This document shows, piece by piece, positions 9,645 to 19,230 of a stretch of 64,000 bases of DNA. Source of the stretch: Thermoplasmata archaeon (GTDB lineage: Archaea > Thermoplasmatota > Thermoplasmata > RBG-16-68-12 > JAFNFQ01); contig JBGPQV010000001.1 of the NCBI GenBank assembly GCA_041489255.1, positions 32,001-96,000 on the forward strand, in the 5' to 3' direction. Position 1 is the first letter of the stretch; the number at the start of each line of letters is the position of its first letter. The notes beneath the pieces were generated by a model. It was not told where the DNA came from. It saw nothing but the letters and a program-made list of their open reading frames with translations, and searched no databases. Both the position numbers and the translations under genes were made by a program.

Positions 9645-10928
9645 TTGACCGAGAAGATACTGGCGCTCTCCATACTTCTACTGGTCTATGTGCTGATCCT
9701 TTCAAAGAGGGTCCACAGGACGACCGCCGTCCTCCTTGGCGCCATCCTTGTGGTGGGCCTCAGGCTCCTTGACGAGCGCGGGATCATTGAGGCGATACAG
9801 TGGGAGGCATTGGGCCTGATATTTGGGATGTTCGTCATCGTAGCGGCCCTAACCAAGAGCGGTTTCTTCAGGTGGGTGGGCCTGCACGCGCTGAAGTGGA
9901 GCCGCTTCCGGCCCTTCAGGATCCTCGTGGCCTTCTCCGCCCTGTCCGCCATCCTTGCCGCCTTCATGGACAGCATCACTGTCATGGTCTTCATGGCCTC
10001 GCTGACAGTCGAGGTGTGCGGCATCCTGAAGCTCCACCCCGGCCCTTTCCTCATCGCCGAGATCACTTCTGCGAATATCGGCGGACTCTCGACGATGGTC
10101 GGCGACCCACCGAACATCATCCTTGGGACCAGTTTCGGGTTCTCTTTCATGGACTTCGTCGCGAACACCGGCGTCATCGCCGTCATCGCGTTCTTCGTTA
10201 ACCTGGGGGTCTTGGGCTTCATGCTGAAGCGCCGTGGCGAGGTCCGGATGCAGGTGGACGCGGAAACACTGGAGAAGGAGCACGCCGAGCTTGAGCCCTC
10301 GTCCGCAATCTTGGACATGAGGCTAATGCGAATCTCGTTGATGATCTTCGCATTCACCGTCACGCTCCTAATCCTGCATCACGTGCTCGACATCCTCATC
10401 GCCTTCGTGGCGGTCCTCGGCGCCACGCTCGTCCTCATGCTTGGCGGGAAAGACATGCCTGAACTCGTCGAGAAGATCGACTGGCACACACTGCTGTTCT
10501 TGGCGGGGCTCTTCGTCGTGGTAGGAGCGCTGGATAAGAGCGGCGCTCTCGCGGATGTTGCGGCGGGAATGGCGTGGATTGGCGGGAACAACTTGGCGTT
10601 ACTCCTGACCGTCATCCTCTGGGTCTCCATCCCGCTGTCGATGTTTCTAGACAACGTGCCTTTCGCCGCCGCCATGGTGCCGGTTCTGAGGGGGCTTGCC
10701 GCAGACGGGGTTGCCCCGCTTGCCCCGATGACCTGGACCGTCGCCGTAGCAGCTGACATCGGAGGGAACGCGACGCCAATCGGCGCCTCCGCCAACGTTG
10801 TCGGCCTGGCGATCGCCGAGAAGCACGGTATTCACATCGGGTGGCGGGAGTACATGCGGTTGGCCCTTCCCGCCATGCTCCTCTCAATCCTCGCCGCCAA
10901 CATCGTGCTCGTGATCATCCATCACTAG
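9645..10928 (+). CDS. ArsB/NhaD (ion transporter superfamily, P-protein-like) permease
   Basis: About 12 TM helices, SANIGG..TMVGDPPNI, LDNVPF, GGNATPIGASANVV. Probable TTG start; the ORF-track extension to 9336 overlaps hutI. Confidence 0.88.
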   Translation: MTEKILALSILLLVYVLILSKRVHRTTAVLLGAILVVGLRLLDERGIIEAIQWEALGLIFGMFVIVAALTKSGFFRWVGLHALKWSRFRPFRILVAFSALSAILAAFMDSITVMVFMASLTVEVCGILKLHPGPFLIAEITSANIGGLSTMVGDPPNIILGTSFGFSFMDFVANTGVIAVIAFFVNLGVLGFMLKRRGEVRMQVDAETLEKEHAELEPSSAILDMRLMRISLMIFAFTVTLLILHHVLDILIAFVAVLGATLVLMLGGKDMPELVEKIDWHTLLFLAGLFVVVGALDKSGALADVAAGMAWIGGNNLALLLTVILWVSIPLSMFLDNVPFAAAMVPVLRGLAADGVAPLAPMTWTVAVAADIGGNATPIGASANVVGLAIAEKHGIHIGWREYMRLALPAMLLSILAANIVLVIIHH

Positions 10929-11039
10929 GTTGTCGCCATCATCACCTTTTGCCCTGCCTCCGCGACCAGTGAAAGCAGCAGCATGGATACAAGAGCCAGC
11001 GGAATGAGGGATGGTGTCCGTTTCATTCTGGACGTCATC

Positions 11040-12110
11040 TCACGACAAAGTCACGTCGCGGAGGACCATCTGAGACTTGACCTTGACGCCGTCCCCTATG
11101 ACGCAGTTGACGAGCCCCGCCCCGTCCATGACTTCGCATCCGCTCCCGATGACGCTGCCCGAGACCTCGGTCCCCTTCCCCGTCACCGAGAAATCCATGA
11201 TGAGTGAGTCCTCTATCGACGCGCCTTGGCCGACCGAGACGCCGTCGTGGAGGCATGACCTCCTCACGACCGCCTCGTCGCCTATCTTGACGTCCCGGCC
11301 GAAGTAGCACGGCCCTTCTATCGTCACACCTTCGCCCGCGCCCACAGGCCCTCGCGCCAGGATCCGCCCCGAGGCATTGAGCCCCGGGATCGAATTCTCC
11401 TTCCCCCTGCGGTTGACCATCTCGATGTTCGCCCTCATGAGATCCGCCGGGCGGCCTATGTCCATCCAAACGCCTTTGATCTGCATTCCGTATAGAGGAA
11501 TCCTGTTGGAGAGGAGCTTGGGGAAGAGATTCTTGGAGAAATCGAACATCTCACCCTCGGGGATGAACTCCACCACCCTTTTCTCGAGCACGTATATGCC
11601 GGCGTTGACGAGCCTGGAGAACGCCTCCTCCCTCTTCGGCTTCTCCTGGAACCTCTGTATCCTCCCTTTCTCGTTGATCGCCGCAATGCCATACTGCGAA
11701 GGATCGTCAACCTCTGTGAGGGCGATGGTCACCGCCGCTTTCCTTTCCTTGTGGAACTCCACCAGCGACCCTATGTCGACGTCCGCCACTATGTCGCCCA
11801 TCGCCACGACGAACGTGCCGTCGATGAACTCCTCGACCCTCTTGACCGCCCCGGCGGTCCCCGCCGGCGTCTCCTCGAAAGAATAGACTATGGATGCATC
11901 GTATTCCAGCCCGTCCCCTATCGACTTTATAAGCTTGTCTGAGAGGTGGTGAGTCGCGATGATTATCTTCTTGATGCCCGCCTCGACGAGCGACCTGAGC
12001 ACATAGTCGATGCACGGTCTGTCAGCGACCGGCATCAATGGCTTCGGCCTGGTGCTGGTCAGGGGCCTGAGGCGCGTACCCTCGCCCCCCGCCAGGACGA
12101 TAGCCTTCAT
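11040..12110 (-). CDS. NDP-sugar pyrophosphorylase (mannose-1-phosphate guanylyltransferase-like) with left-handed beta-helix
   Basis: LAGGEGTRLRPLT..RPKP, FQEKP, NAGIY, WMDIG, hexapeptide repeats. Confidence 0.92.
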   Translation of the reverse strand: MKAIVLAGGEGTRLRPLTSTRPKPLMPVADRPCIDYVLRSLVEAGIKKIIIATHHLSDKLIKSIGDGLEYDASIVYSFEETPAGTAGAVKRVEEFIDGTFVVAMGDIVADVDIGSLVEFHKERKAAVTIALTEVDDPSQYGIAAINEKGRIQRFQEKPKREEAFSRLVNAGIYVLEKRVVEFIPEGEMFDFSKNLFPKLLSNRIPLYGMQIKGVWMDIGRPADLMRANIEMVNRRGKENSIPGLNASGRILARGPVGAGEGVTIEGPCYFGRDVKIGDEAVVRRSCLHDGVSVGQGASIEDSLIMDFSVTGKGTEVSGSVIGSGCEVMDGAGLVNCVIGDGVKVKSQMVLRDVTLS

Positions 12111-12979
12111 CCCTTCAGCTCCACCTTCCCATGCTTGAGCAACCGCTGCAGCTGCTCGTCGGCGACCTCGTCGAGTTTCTTCTTGTCGGTGAGGGCCTTC
12201 CTGACCGATAGGTTCTGCTGGCGGATGATGTCCTTCGCCTCCCGCCTCTCGCGCCTCTCGTCCTCCTTCGTCTTGAGGACGGTCCTGCGCATCTCCTGCG
12301 CCCGCTCATGGTAGGCGTTCGCCTTCTCCCTGAGCTCCAGGAAATCCTTGTGCTTCTTGTCCGCCTCGGCGGTGAGAGTCGCGATCGCGCTGAACGCCTT
12401 GACGACCTTCTCGTGCATCTCCTGCGCCTTATTGGAAAGCTCGACCACCAGCTTGTGCTCCTCGTCCGCGGTCTTGAACAGGTCGTCTATCTGCTCGTTG
12501 ATCTCGCCGACGTTCCTGGACGTCTTGACGTTCTCGTCCTCTATCTTCTCCAGGTCCTTGAGCTCGTGGTATGTCTTGCGGATGTCGTCGATTAGGGCGT
12601 TCTCCTTCGCAATCGTCAGGGGCGTGGTCTGCTGCTTCATCTCCATTTCATCGAAGTTCCTGCGCAGCTGCCTGAGGTCGTCCACAATCATGACGTTCAC
12701 TTTGCCCCTCATCTTCCTCTTGAGCTCGATGAGGTCGCTTGCCTGGTTGTGCAGCGAGTTCCTCTTCTGCTTGTGGACGCGCATCTCCTTGACGAACGAG
12801 TCTCTCTTCCCCTTGAAATCCCTCATCTTGTCGGCGGTTTCCCGCCTCTGATCATGGAGGAGGTCCCTCTCCTGGCGTATCGCGTTGGCCTCCTCGTTGA
12901 GCTGGTCTCTCTTGTCGAGCAGCGAACTGAGCTTGACCTCCGCCTTCTCCAGCTCATTTGGTGTCTTCTTTCTAGGCAT
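12107..12979 (-). CDS. Archaeal long coiled-coil protein (COG1340-like)
   Basis: 290 aa all-helical heptads, RDxLNE repeats, QQTTPLT..KE hinge, ADEEH/AQEMH/ADKKH repeats. Confidence 0.75.
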   Translation of the reverse strand: MPRKKTPNELEKAEVKLSSLLDKRDQLNEEANAIRQERDLLHDQRRETADKMRDFKGKRDSFVKEMRVHKQKRNSLHNQASDLIELKRKMRGKVNVMIVDDLRQLRRNFDEMEMKQQTTPLTIAKENALIDDIRKTYHELKDLEKIEDENVKTSRNVGEINEQIDDLFKTADEEHKLVVELSNKAQEMHEKVVKAFSAIATLTAEADKKHKDFLELREKANAYHERAQEMRRTVLKTKEDERRERREAKDIIRQQNLSVRKALTDKKKLDEVADEQLQRLLKHGKVELKG

Positions 12980-13082
12980 CCAGAATGCCCTCGGGTCGGT
13001 GAGGTTCTGATGAAGTGGTGGGGAATTAAGCTTTCGCTACGGGTATCGCCTCGAAATCGCGTAAAAAGCCCCCTTTCGACCC

Positions 13083-13907
13083 CTAAACGGGCTCGGTCCC
13101 TTGCGCGGTCCAGAGTTCATCCGCCAGCTTTCCCATCTGCTCCGGCTCCAGCTCTTCCGGCCTCATTCCCCCGAATCCCGAGGATTCTACCGCCTTCTTC
13201 ACCGCTTCCCTGCTTGCGGCAAACTCCCGCCAATTCAGCAAGAGACTGTTCTCGATGGTCTTCCGGCGATGCTGGAACATGCGGTCCACCATGTTCGAGA
13301 ATAATCCCTCATCCCTGACCTTGAACGGAGGCTTCCTTGGCCTCAATGACAATATGGACGAGTCAACCTCCGGCGGGGGATAGAAAGCAGAACGGGGCAC
13401 TCTCTCAATCACCTCGGCCAGGGCCCGATAATACACATGGACCGACAATCGAGAGTAGCCCTCCCCACCCCTCTTCGCGACCATCCTGTCGGCGAACTCC
13501 TTCTGGAACATGAGCACGGCCCGGTCGAACTTGTTCTCCAGCAACCTGAACGTGATCGGCGAGGAAATCTGGTAGGGAAGGTTCGAGATGACGACATCGA
13601 ATTGCGGAAGGTCGACTTTGAGAGCGTCTCCTTCAATGATGCGCACGTCAGGGACTTCCCTCTCCAGAAATCGACAGAATCGCCGATCCTTCTCGATGGC
13701 AATCACATTCCGCGATCTCTCGGAGAGGATGCGTGTGAGCACTCCTAGGCCGGGCCCTATCTCCAAGACCCGTTCATTCCGCCGAATCGCCGCGAACTCC
13801 ACCTGCCTGTGCGCGACCCTTTCATCAACGAGGAAGTGCTGTCCGAACCTCTTGTCAGCCCTCACCCCGAGCGAGCGAAGGACATCGCGCACCTCCGACG
13901 CGTTCAT
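13083..13907 (-). CDS. rsmA: 16S rRNA adenine dimethyltransferase KsgA/Dim1
   Basis: FGQHFL, VLEIGPGLG, SNLPYQIS, FQKEFA, FYPPPEVDS. Confidence 0.95.
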   Translation of the reverse strand: MNASEVRDVLRSLGVRADKRFGQHFLVDERVAHRQVEFAAIRRNERVLEIGPGLGVLTRILSERSRNVIAIEKDRRFCRFLEREVPDVRIIEGDALKVDLPQFDVVISNLPYQISSPITFRLLENKFDRAVLMFQKEFADRMVAKRGGEGYSRLSVHVYYRALAEVIERVPRSAFYPPPEVDSSILSLRPRKPPFKVRDEGLFSNMVDRMFQHRRKTIENSLLLNWREFAASREAVKKAVESSGFGGMRPEELEPEQMGKLADELWTAQGTEPV

Positions 13908-13977
13908 CGCCGCACAATCCTATCAGTGGCTTAACTCTTCTCGCCAAGCTTTTATATCCGCCAACGAATCAAGCCGT

Positions 13978-14280
13978 GTGCCAATCGATTTGGCGAGCCT
14001 AGCTCTCGACCAGACGAGCGACGCGGGCCCATTCACATGCGTCGTCATCATTTCAGTGGTTGGGCTGATACTCCTCCTTCTCCTCGCAATGTATGCTTAT
14101 CAGAAATATGTCGCCAGCAAGAGACCGATACAGCATCTATGCGACTATTGTGGGCACATGGTCAATGTCGTCTCCGACTGCCATCACGCCCCGGTCAAGG
14201 AGAAATTCCTCCATGGCATCTGCCGGGACTGCAAGAAGGAGTGTCGCCTGGTCTGTGCAAGATGCAAGAGACCGGTCTAA
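13978..14280 (+). CDS. Small single-TM protein with Cys/His zinc-finger tail
   Basis: GTG start about 25 nt after TTTATAT. One TM, then CDYC, CHH, CRDC, C...CARC. Confidence 0.65.
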   Translation: MPIDLASLALDQTSDAGPFTCVVIISVVGLILLLLLAMYAYQKYVASKRPIQHLCDYCGHMVNVVSDCHHAPVKEKFLHGICRDCKKECRLVCARCKRPV

Positions 14281-14339
14281 AGACTCCTCAGTGCGGGAAG
14301 GACAGGCTCAAATACGCCGGCGGGAATCGATTGGCTCCA

Positions 14340-15410
14340 ATGGCGGTGCATGACAGACCGTACGGCTCATTCTACATCGGCAGGCTGCCGAAAGGTTGTG
14401 CACAGTGCGAGAAAGGCGGCAAGATGGTCCTCTTCACCACTGGACTCTGCCCTTTCAGCTGCTACTACTGCCCAATTTCCTTGGAGAAGAAGGGCAAAGA
14501 TGTGGTTTTTGCCGACGAAATGCGCGTGAGGCGGGAGGCGGACATACTCGAAGAGGCCGAGGCAATCAGCGCCACCGGGGCGGGAATAACCGGCGGGGAT
14601 CCTCTTGCCGTTATTGACCGCACATCGAGATACGTGCGCCTGCTGAAGAGAGAGTTCGGCGACAAGTTCCACATCCACCTATACACCATGGGGACGGATC
14701 TGAAGAAGATAGCCAGACTCAGCAAGGCTGGCCTGGATGAGATTCGGTTCCACCCGCCATCGCGGCTCTGGAACCGCATGGGAAGAAGCGGGTATCCAGC
14801 CGCCACCGCCGCCGGCCGCGACAACGGCATGCATGTCGGCTTGGAGGTCCCGCTCATCCCGGACATGCGCCCCGAGGTCGTCGCGCTGATCGGATGGGCG
14901 GAGGTGAACGACCTCGACTTCGTGAACCTTAACGAGATGGAATTCTCCGACACGAATCGAGGACGACTCAGAGCGAAGGGATACAGAGTCGGGCGGGGGA
15001 AATCATATGGAGTCGCAGGCAGCGATTGCGCAGCCAGAGACATCCTCTCGCGCAATTAGGACATCACGGTCCATTATTGCACCTCGGCCTACAAGGACGG
15101 CTGGCAGCTCAGGGAGCGCATCAAGAGGAGAGCGAGGAATGTCAGTCAGCCATGGGACGTCGTGACGAAGGATGGGACGCTCGTCAAGGGCGTCATCGAA
15201 TCAGGCGACCTGAAAAAAGTCATGCGCGATTTGCTGCGGACCTACAGCGTCCCTCGAGGGCTAATCTGGCTCAACCGGGAAAGACACCGCCTCGAAATCG
15301 CCCCCTGGATCTTGGAAGAGCTCGCGAGCAGTCTAGAAATGGAAGCCCACATCATCGAGGAGTATCCGACTGCCGACCATCTCGAGGTGGAGAGGCAAAG
15401 GCTCGCCTAG
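14340..15410 (+). CDS. Archaeal radical SAM protein (COG2108-like) interrupted by an in-frame TAG at 15057-15059 (pseudogene, readthrough or sequencing error)
   Basis: GCAQC, CPFSCYYCP (CxxxCxxC), GITGGDP, HIHLYT. After the TAG the frame continues DITVHYCTSAYKDGWQLRERIKRRA and joins ORF 15162..15410. Confidence 0.85.
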
Positions 15411-16867
15411 CCCTCCCAGACCAGCTTGCCTTCTTTGTCGAGAACGAATGTCCTCTTCGCAAGCATCGACCTCCCCTCGACTATCGTGAACCTCCTGTTC
15501 CCTGCAACCCTCCACTTGCCGAACTTGCCGGAGAATGCGCTCTGGGACTTGACTCGAGCCACATCTGCGTCATCTACAGCCACGATCGTCAGCGACCTGC
15601 ATGTGCTGCACGTTTTCCCCTTTGCCGCAACACATAGGAAACAATACCTCTGACTGCATCTCTCGCATCTCGCGACGAACGAGCCACTCGCCTTCTTGCC
15701 GCAGGAGGGGCAGTCGACCACATGATCCGGGCAGTAGATGCCGAGGCCGAAATCATCTCTGACCGCATGAAGCTCGCATAGCAACTTGCCGCATTGAGCG
15801 CACTTATCTGAAACCCGGAGATCCTCGGCGCATGATTGACAGGACATGCGGTCGCAGACTGCACATTTCCGTTCGCACCTCACGCAAACGACGTGCCCCT
15901 CGTCGCACAGCCCGAGTTCGTTCATCTCCGTCCCGCAGGCGTCACACTTTGGCGGCGGTATCTCCAAACTGACCTCGTCGTACTGCAGCTCGAGCTCCCG
16001 GCCCTTCTTTCGCCCGGTGAGGTGCACCGCCATCTTCACGGTCGGGACAATGATGGTCCTCACTCCGACCAGATTCACTTTGGCGTCTAGGCTGTACTTC
16101 AGCCGCGCCTCCTCGAGCCTCTTCTCTTCCTCCGCGGCGTACGCCTCGATCGCCGCCTTGGCCCGTTCGGGGTACTTCGACTCCTGCGCCTCGCGCGCGA
16201 GGCCGGCGAAGTAGTCCTTGATCCTCTGCTCCTCCTCGGCCAATCTCCCTCTCGCGCTTTCCCGGCAGTCCGCCACGGCCTTGGCGATTCTTTTCTCGAT
16301 GCTCTCGCACGCTGCAATGTACAATGATCGAATGTCTCGTTCTCCCTCCGGAAACTCCTCAGGAAGAGCCAACGCCTCCTCGAAGAACAAATCGCTGACC
16401 TGATGCTCGCGGAGACTTACGGAGTTCAACAGCACGGTCTCCAGAAGTTCAGTTTTCTCGTCGGTGATCATCGTAGCCCTGAACGTGAACAGCGTGTAAG
16501 GAACGAGATCCCTCTTGCTTGTCGAGACCTCGGGGGTCGCATTCCTGAATGACAGGTTTGCGGCAAGCACATCCTTCTCCGACGAGCCCTCTCCGGCCTT
16601 CACTCTCGCGACACAATGATGGCCCCTGCTGCTCGCGTCCTCGATTATCTTGTCGAGCAGGAGGCTCCCCGGGGTCAGCAGCTCGACGCCGTCGTACCTC
16701 TCCGCAAGTGCGGGGTCAAATGTGACTCGCAGGACAGCGGCGTTGAGCGCCGCTCGGCGCTCGGTGGGTATCTCATACCTCACTACCCCGGGTACGTCCT
16801 CGAACCTCCCCGCCCCAAGCTTCTCGAAGTAAGTGCCTATGAAGGATCTCAGTTCAGGCTGCCTCAG
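15407..16867 (-). CDS. SNF2 partner: RapA_C/YqhG-like N-terminal region, coiled coil and multi-zinc-finger C-terminus
   Basis: TFDPALAE..ELLTPGSLLLDKII motif, coiled coil, 21 Cys in CxxC/CxxH units. Probable CTG start overlaps the SNF2 stop (CTGA) after GGTGGAGGGG. Confidence 0.8.
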   Translation of the reverse strand: MRQPELRSFIGTYFEKLGAGRFEDVPGVVRYEIPTERRAALNAAVLRVTFDPALAERYDGVELLTPGSLLLDKIIEDASSRGHHCVARVKAGEGSSEKDVLAANLSFRNATPEVSTSKRDLVPYTLFTFRATMITDEKTELLETVLLNSVSLREHQVSDLFFEEALALPEEFPEGERDIRSLYIAACESIEKRIAKAVADCRESARGRLAEEEQRIKDYFAGLAREAQESKYPERAKAAIEAYAAEEEKRLEEARLKYSLDAKVNLVGVRTIIVPTVKMAVHLTGRKKGRELELQYDEVSLEIPPPKCDACGTEMNELGLCDEGHVVCVRCERKCAVCDRMSCQSCAEDLRVSDKCAQCGKLLCELHAVRDDFGLGIYCPDHVVDCPSCGKKASGSFVARCERCSQRYCFLCVAAKGKTCSTCRSLTIVAVDDADVARVKSQSAFSGKFGKWRVAGNRRFTIVEGRSMLAKRTFVLDKEGKLVWEG

Positions 16868-18618
16868 GTCGACCCCTCCACCGCCAGAGATGAACCCAGG
16901 AGGTTCTCCTGATAGGACTTGACCGCGGCGTACCGCCTCTTCGCATCGAGCAGTTCCCCGCCAAACCTCTCCAGCTCCCTCCTTCTCTCGGCCTCGCTCT
17001 CCATGGACCAGATTTCCATCAGCACCTCCTCGAAGCTCCTCCTGTCCTCGACGCTGCCGAGGATGAGATCGAGCTCGCCAACGACCAGCTCGAACATGTC
17101 GATCTTCTTGTCGAGAAGCTCGAGGATGTACTCGTCGATCGTCTTGTCGGTCCAGAAGCTGACTATCTGACACTCCTTCTCCTGGCCGACGCGGTGTATC
17201 CTGCCTATCCTCTGCTCGAGCCTCAGCGGGTTCCATGGCAGGTCGTAGTTGACCAGCTTGTTCGCGAACTGCAGGTTGCGCCCCTCGCCGCCAGCCTCGG
17301 TGCTGAGGAACACCTTCGCCGCTCCCTTGAACTTCCTGACGCTCTCCTCCTTCGTCCACGCGTCCATGCCGCCGTGGAAGATCGAATGCGTGAAGCCCTC
17401 CTGAGTGAGCAGCCCATCCAGGTAGCTGAGCGTCGGCAGGTACTGCGTGAAGACGAGCACCTTGTCGTCGAACTTGCCGAGGAACTCGACGAGCTTCAGG
17501 CCTTTCTCGTGGCGGTCCACAGAAACCGCCATATCGCGCAGTCTCGACAACTGCTCCCTCTCCTCGAAGGCGAACTGCTCGCTCTCGCTCAACCTCCTCA
17601 GCGTCGCCGCCGCGGCGAAACTGCTGCTGCCCACCTCCTTCTGGAGAATCATCAGCGCGAGGCGATTGATCGATGTCTCCTTCCTGTCCAAGCGAGGATA
17701 TCTGGAGCGAATGAATGAGGTCACCTCGTCGTAAAGTCTGCGCTCGCCGGGCGAGAATGTTATGCGGGCGAGGTGCGCCCTCCTTGGCGGGAGCGTCAGG
17801 ACGTTCCCCCGCCTGTTCCTGATCATCACCTCGAACAGCAGGCCCCTGAGGTCGCCCACGTCCTTGGGCATGCGCTTGTCCCCCGCCGCCAGGAACCTCT
17901 TCTTGAACTGCCCCCACGTCCCCATCTGCCCCGGCTTGAGCAGGGTGACCAGGTTGAACAGCTCCTCCAGGTCGTTCTGCACCGGCGTGGCGGTCAGGAG
18001 GAGGAGGTACTTCTTGCGGATGCCGTTGACGAACTTCCAGTTGAGCGTGAGGCGGTTCTTCAGCTTGTGCGCCTCGTCGATGATGACGAGGTCGAACGTG
18101 ATGCCCTCGATGTTCGCGGAATGGCGGGGCCTCTTCGCAGTGTCGAGCGAGCATATCAAACGATCGTGCCTCGCCCAGTCCTCCACCTCGTCGGTCACCT
18201 CGAAGGGGATCCCGAACTTCTCCTGCATCTCGTCCCGCCACTGCTCAGTCAATGAAGCTGGCACGAGGACGAGCACCTTCCTCACGAGACCCCTGATCAT
18301 CAGCTCCTTCGCGATCAGCCCGGCCTCAATCGTCTTCCCGAGGCCGACCTCGTCCGCGAGTATTGCCCTGCCCCTCAGCTCCCTGAGCACCTTGAGCGCC
18401 GTCTTGATCTGGAAGTCGTACTTGCGCAGGCCCCTGACGAGAGGCAGACACAGGAGCTCCTCGAATCCGGATTTCAGGCTGAGAGTCTGAGCGTCCAGAT
18501 TGAGCAACCATGACTTCGAGTCCTCCACAATCCCGTCCTGCACCTCGTTGAGAATCGCGAAGTCTTCTGGAGAGAAACGGAGTTCCGGTACATGTCTGGG
18601 CACATACGCCTCAGTCAT
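16864..18618 (-). CDS. SNF2-family SF2 ATPase (YqhH/RapA-like)
   Basis: LADEVGLGKT, IIDEAH, LTATPVQN, STEAGGEGRNLQ, NYDLPWNP..LEQRIGRIHRVGQ. Start uncertain; frame is open further upstream. Confidence 0.93.
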   Translation of the reverse strand: MTEAYVPRHVPELRFSPEDFAILNEVQDGIVEDSKSWLLNLDAQTLSLKSGFEELLCLPLVRGLRKYDFQIKTALKVLRELRGRAILADEVGLGKTIEAGLIAKELMIRGLVRKVLVLVPASLTEQWRDEMQEKFGIPFEVTDEVEDWARHDRLICSLDTAKRPRHSANIEGITFDLVIIDEAHKLKNRLTLNWKFVNGIRKKYLLLLTATPVQNDLEELFNLVTLLKPGQMGTWGQFKKRFLAAGDKRMPKDVGDLRGLLFEVMIRNRRGNVLTLPPRRAHLARITFSPGERRLYDEVTSFIRSRYPRLDRKETSINRLALMILQKEVGSSSFAAAATLRRLSESEQFAFEEREQLSRLRDMAVSVDRHEKGLKLVEFLGKFDDKVLVFTQYLPTLSYLDGLLTQEGFTHSIFHGGMDAWTKEESVRKFKGAAKVFLSTEAGGEGRNLQFANKLVNYDLPWNPLRLEQRIGRIHRVGQEKECQIVSFWTDKTIDEYILELLDKKIDMFELVVGELDLILGSVEDRRSFEEVLMEIWSMESEAERRRELERFGGELLDAKRRYAAVKSYQENLLGSSLAVEGST

Positions 18619-18796
18619 CCTTTGCGGGACTGATGCTTCGGAGACCTGATCAGAGGATTCCACATTTGCTGGAGATGAACGTGCCCCATCCAGTGTGCCA
18701 CGTCTCAGATTCTGCACTCTCCTCGAAGTGGGTGGCTTTAGGCCAGATGCTGAGATAATGGTTTTGGCGGGGTGCGCGTCCGCAGCGCAGCGGCCA

Positions 18797-19222
18797 TCAC
18801 GCAACGCTGACGCTCTCAATCGCGTGATGCCTTGCGATCAGGTCCCTGGCCATCCGGAGGTTCTTGCCCTCCTTCCCTATCGCGCGGCCCTTCTTGGTCG
18901 ACTCGACCGTCACGGTCGCGTGCGTGACCCCGTCCCTGTCCTCAATCTCCACCTTCTTGACGTCGTACGCGTGGAAGACGTTCGCCACGAACTCCTCTGG
19001 TTTCTCCGAGAACTCGATGACCTGGATGTCCCTTTTTAAAAGAAGCCTAACGCGCGCGACAGTCTCCCCTTTCCTGCCTATTGCCTTGCTCGCCTCACCC
19101 TTGCCGACGACAAAGATGATCTTGTCCCCGGTGTCGACGCAGTCCATCACCGTGCACAAGGTGACATTCTGGAAGATCGTGACGTACCCTAACGTGTCCT
19201 CGTTGAAGGTCACCTGGCCCAT
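18797..19222 (-). CDS. nusA: Archaeal NusA (two KH domains)
   Basis: KAIGRKG and RAIGKEGKN KH motifs; position after rpl30e. Confidence 0.93.
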   Translation of the reverse strand: MGQVTFNEDTLGYVTIFQNVTLCTVMDCVDTGDKIIFVVGKGEASKAIGRKGETVARVRLLLKRDIQVIEFSEKPEEFVANVFHAYDVKKVEIEDRDGVTHATVTVESTKKGRAIGKEGKNLRMARDLIARHHAIESVSVA

Positions 19223-19230
19223 GCTGACAC

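Noticed and set aside
13000-13060. CTGATGA...GAAA hammerhead-ribozyme-like core
   Set aside because: Stem II cannot close (A opposite C) and no convincing stems I and III are present. The region is better explained as the promoter of the minus-strand coiled-coil gene.
16868-18241. N-terminal 458 aa of the 944-aa ORF 15407..18241
   Set aside because: It overlaps the SNF2 gene in another frame and is Arg/Gly/Pro-rich shadow sequence. Protein-like composition begins only at about 16867.
16864-18618. SNF2 as a DISARM DrmD-type or other defence helicase
   Set aside because: No methyltransferase, DrmA/B, PLD nuclease or other defence genes are adjacent, and the context is housekeeping.
18620-18800. 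Absence of rps12-rps7 after nusA as a novel rearrangement
   Set aside because: As I recall, separation of the str cluster from the rpo operon is usual in Thermoplasmata, so it is not informative alone.
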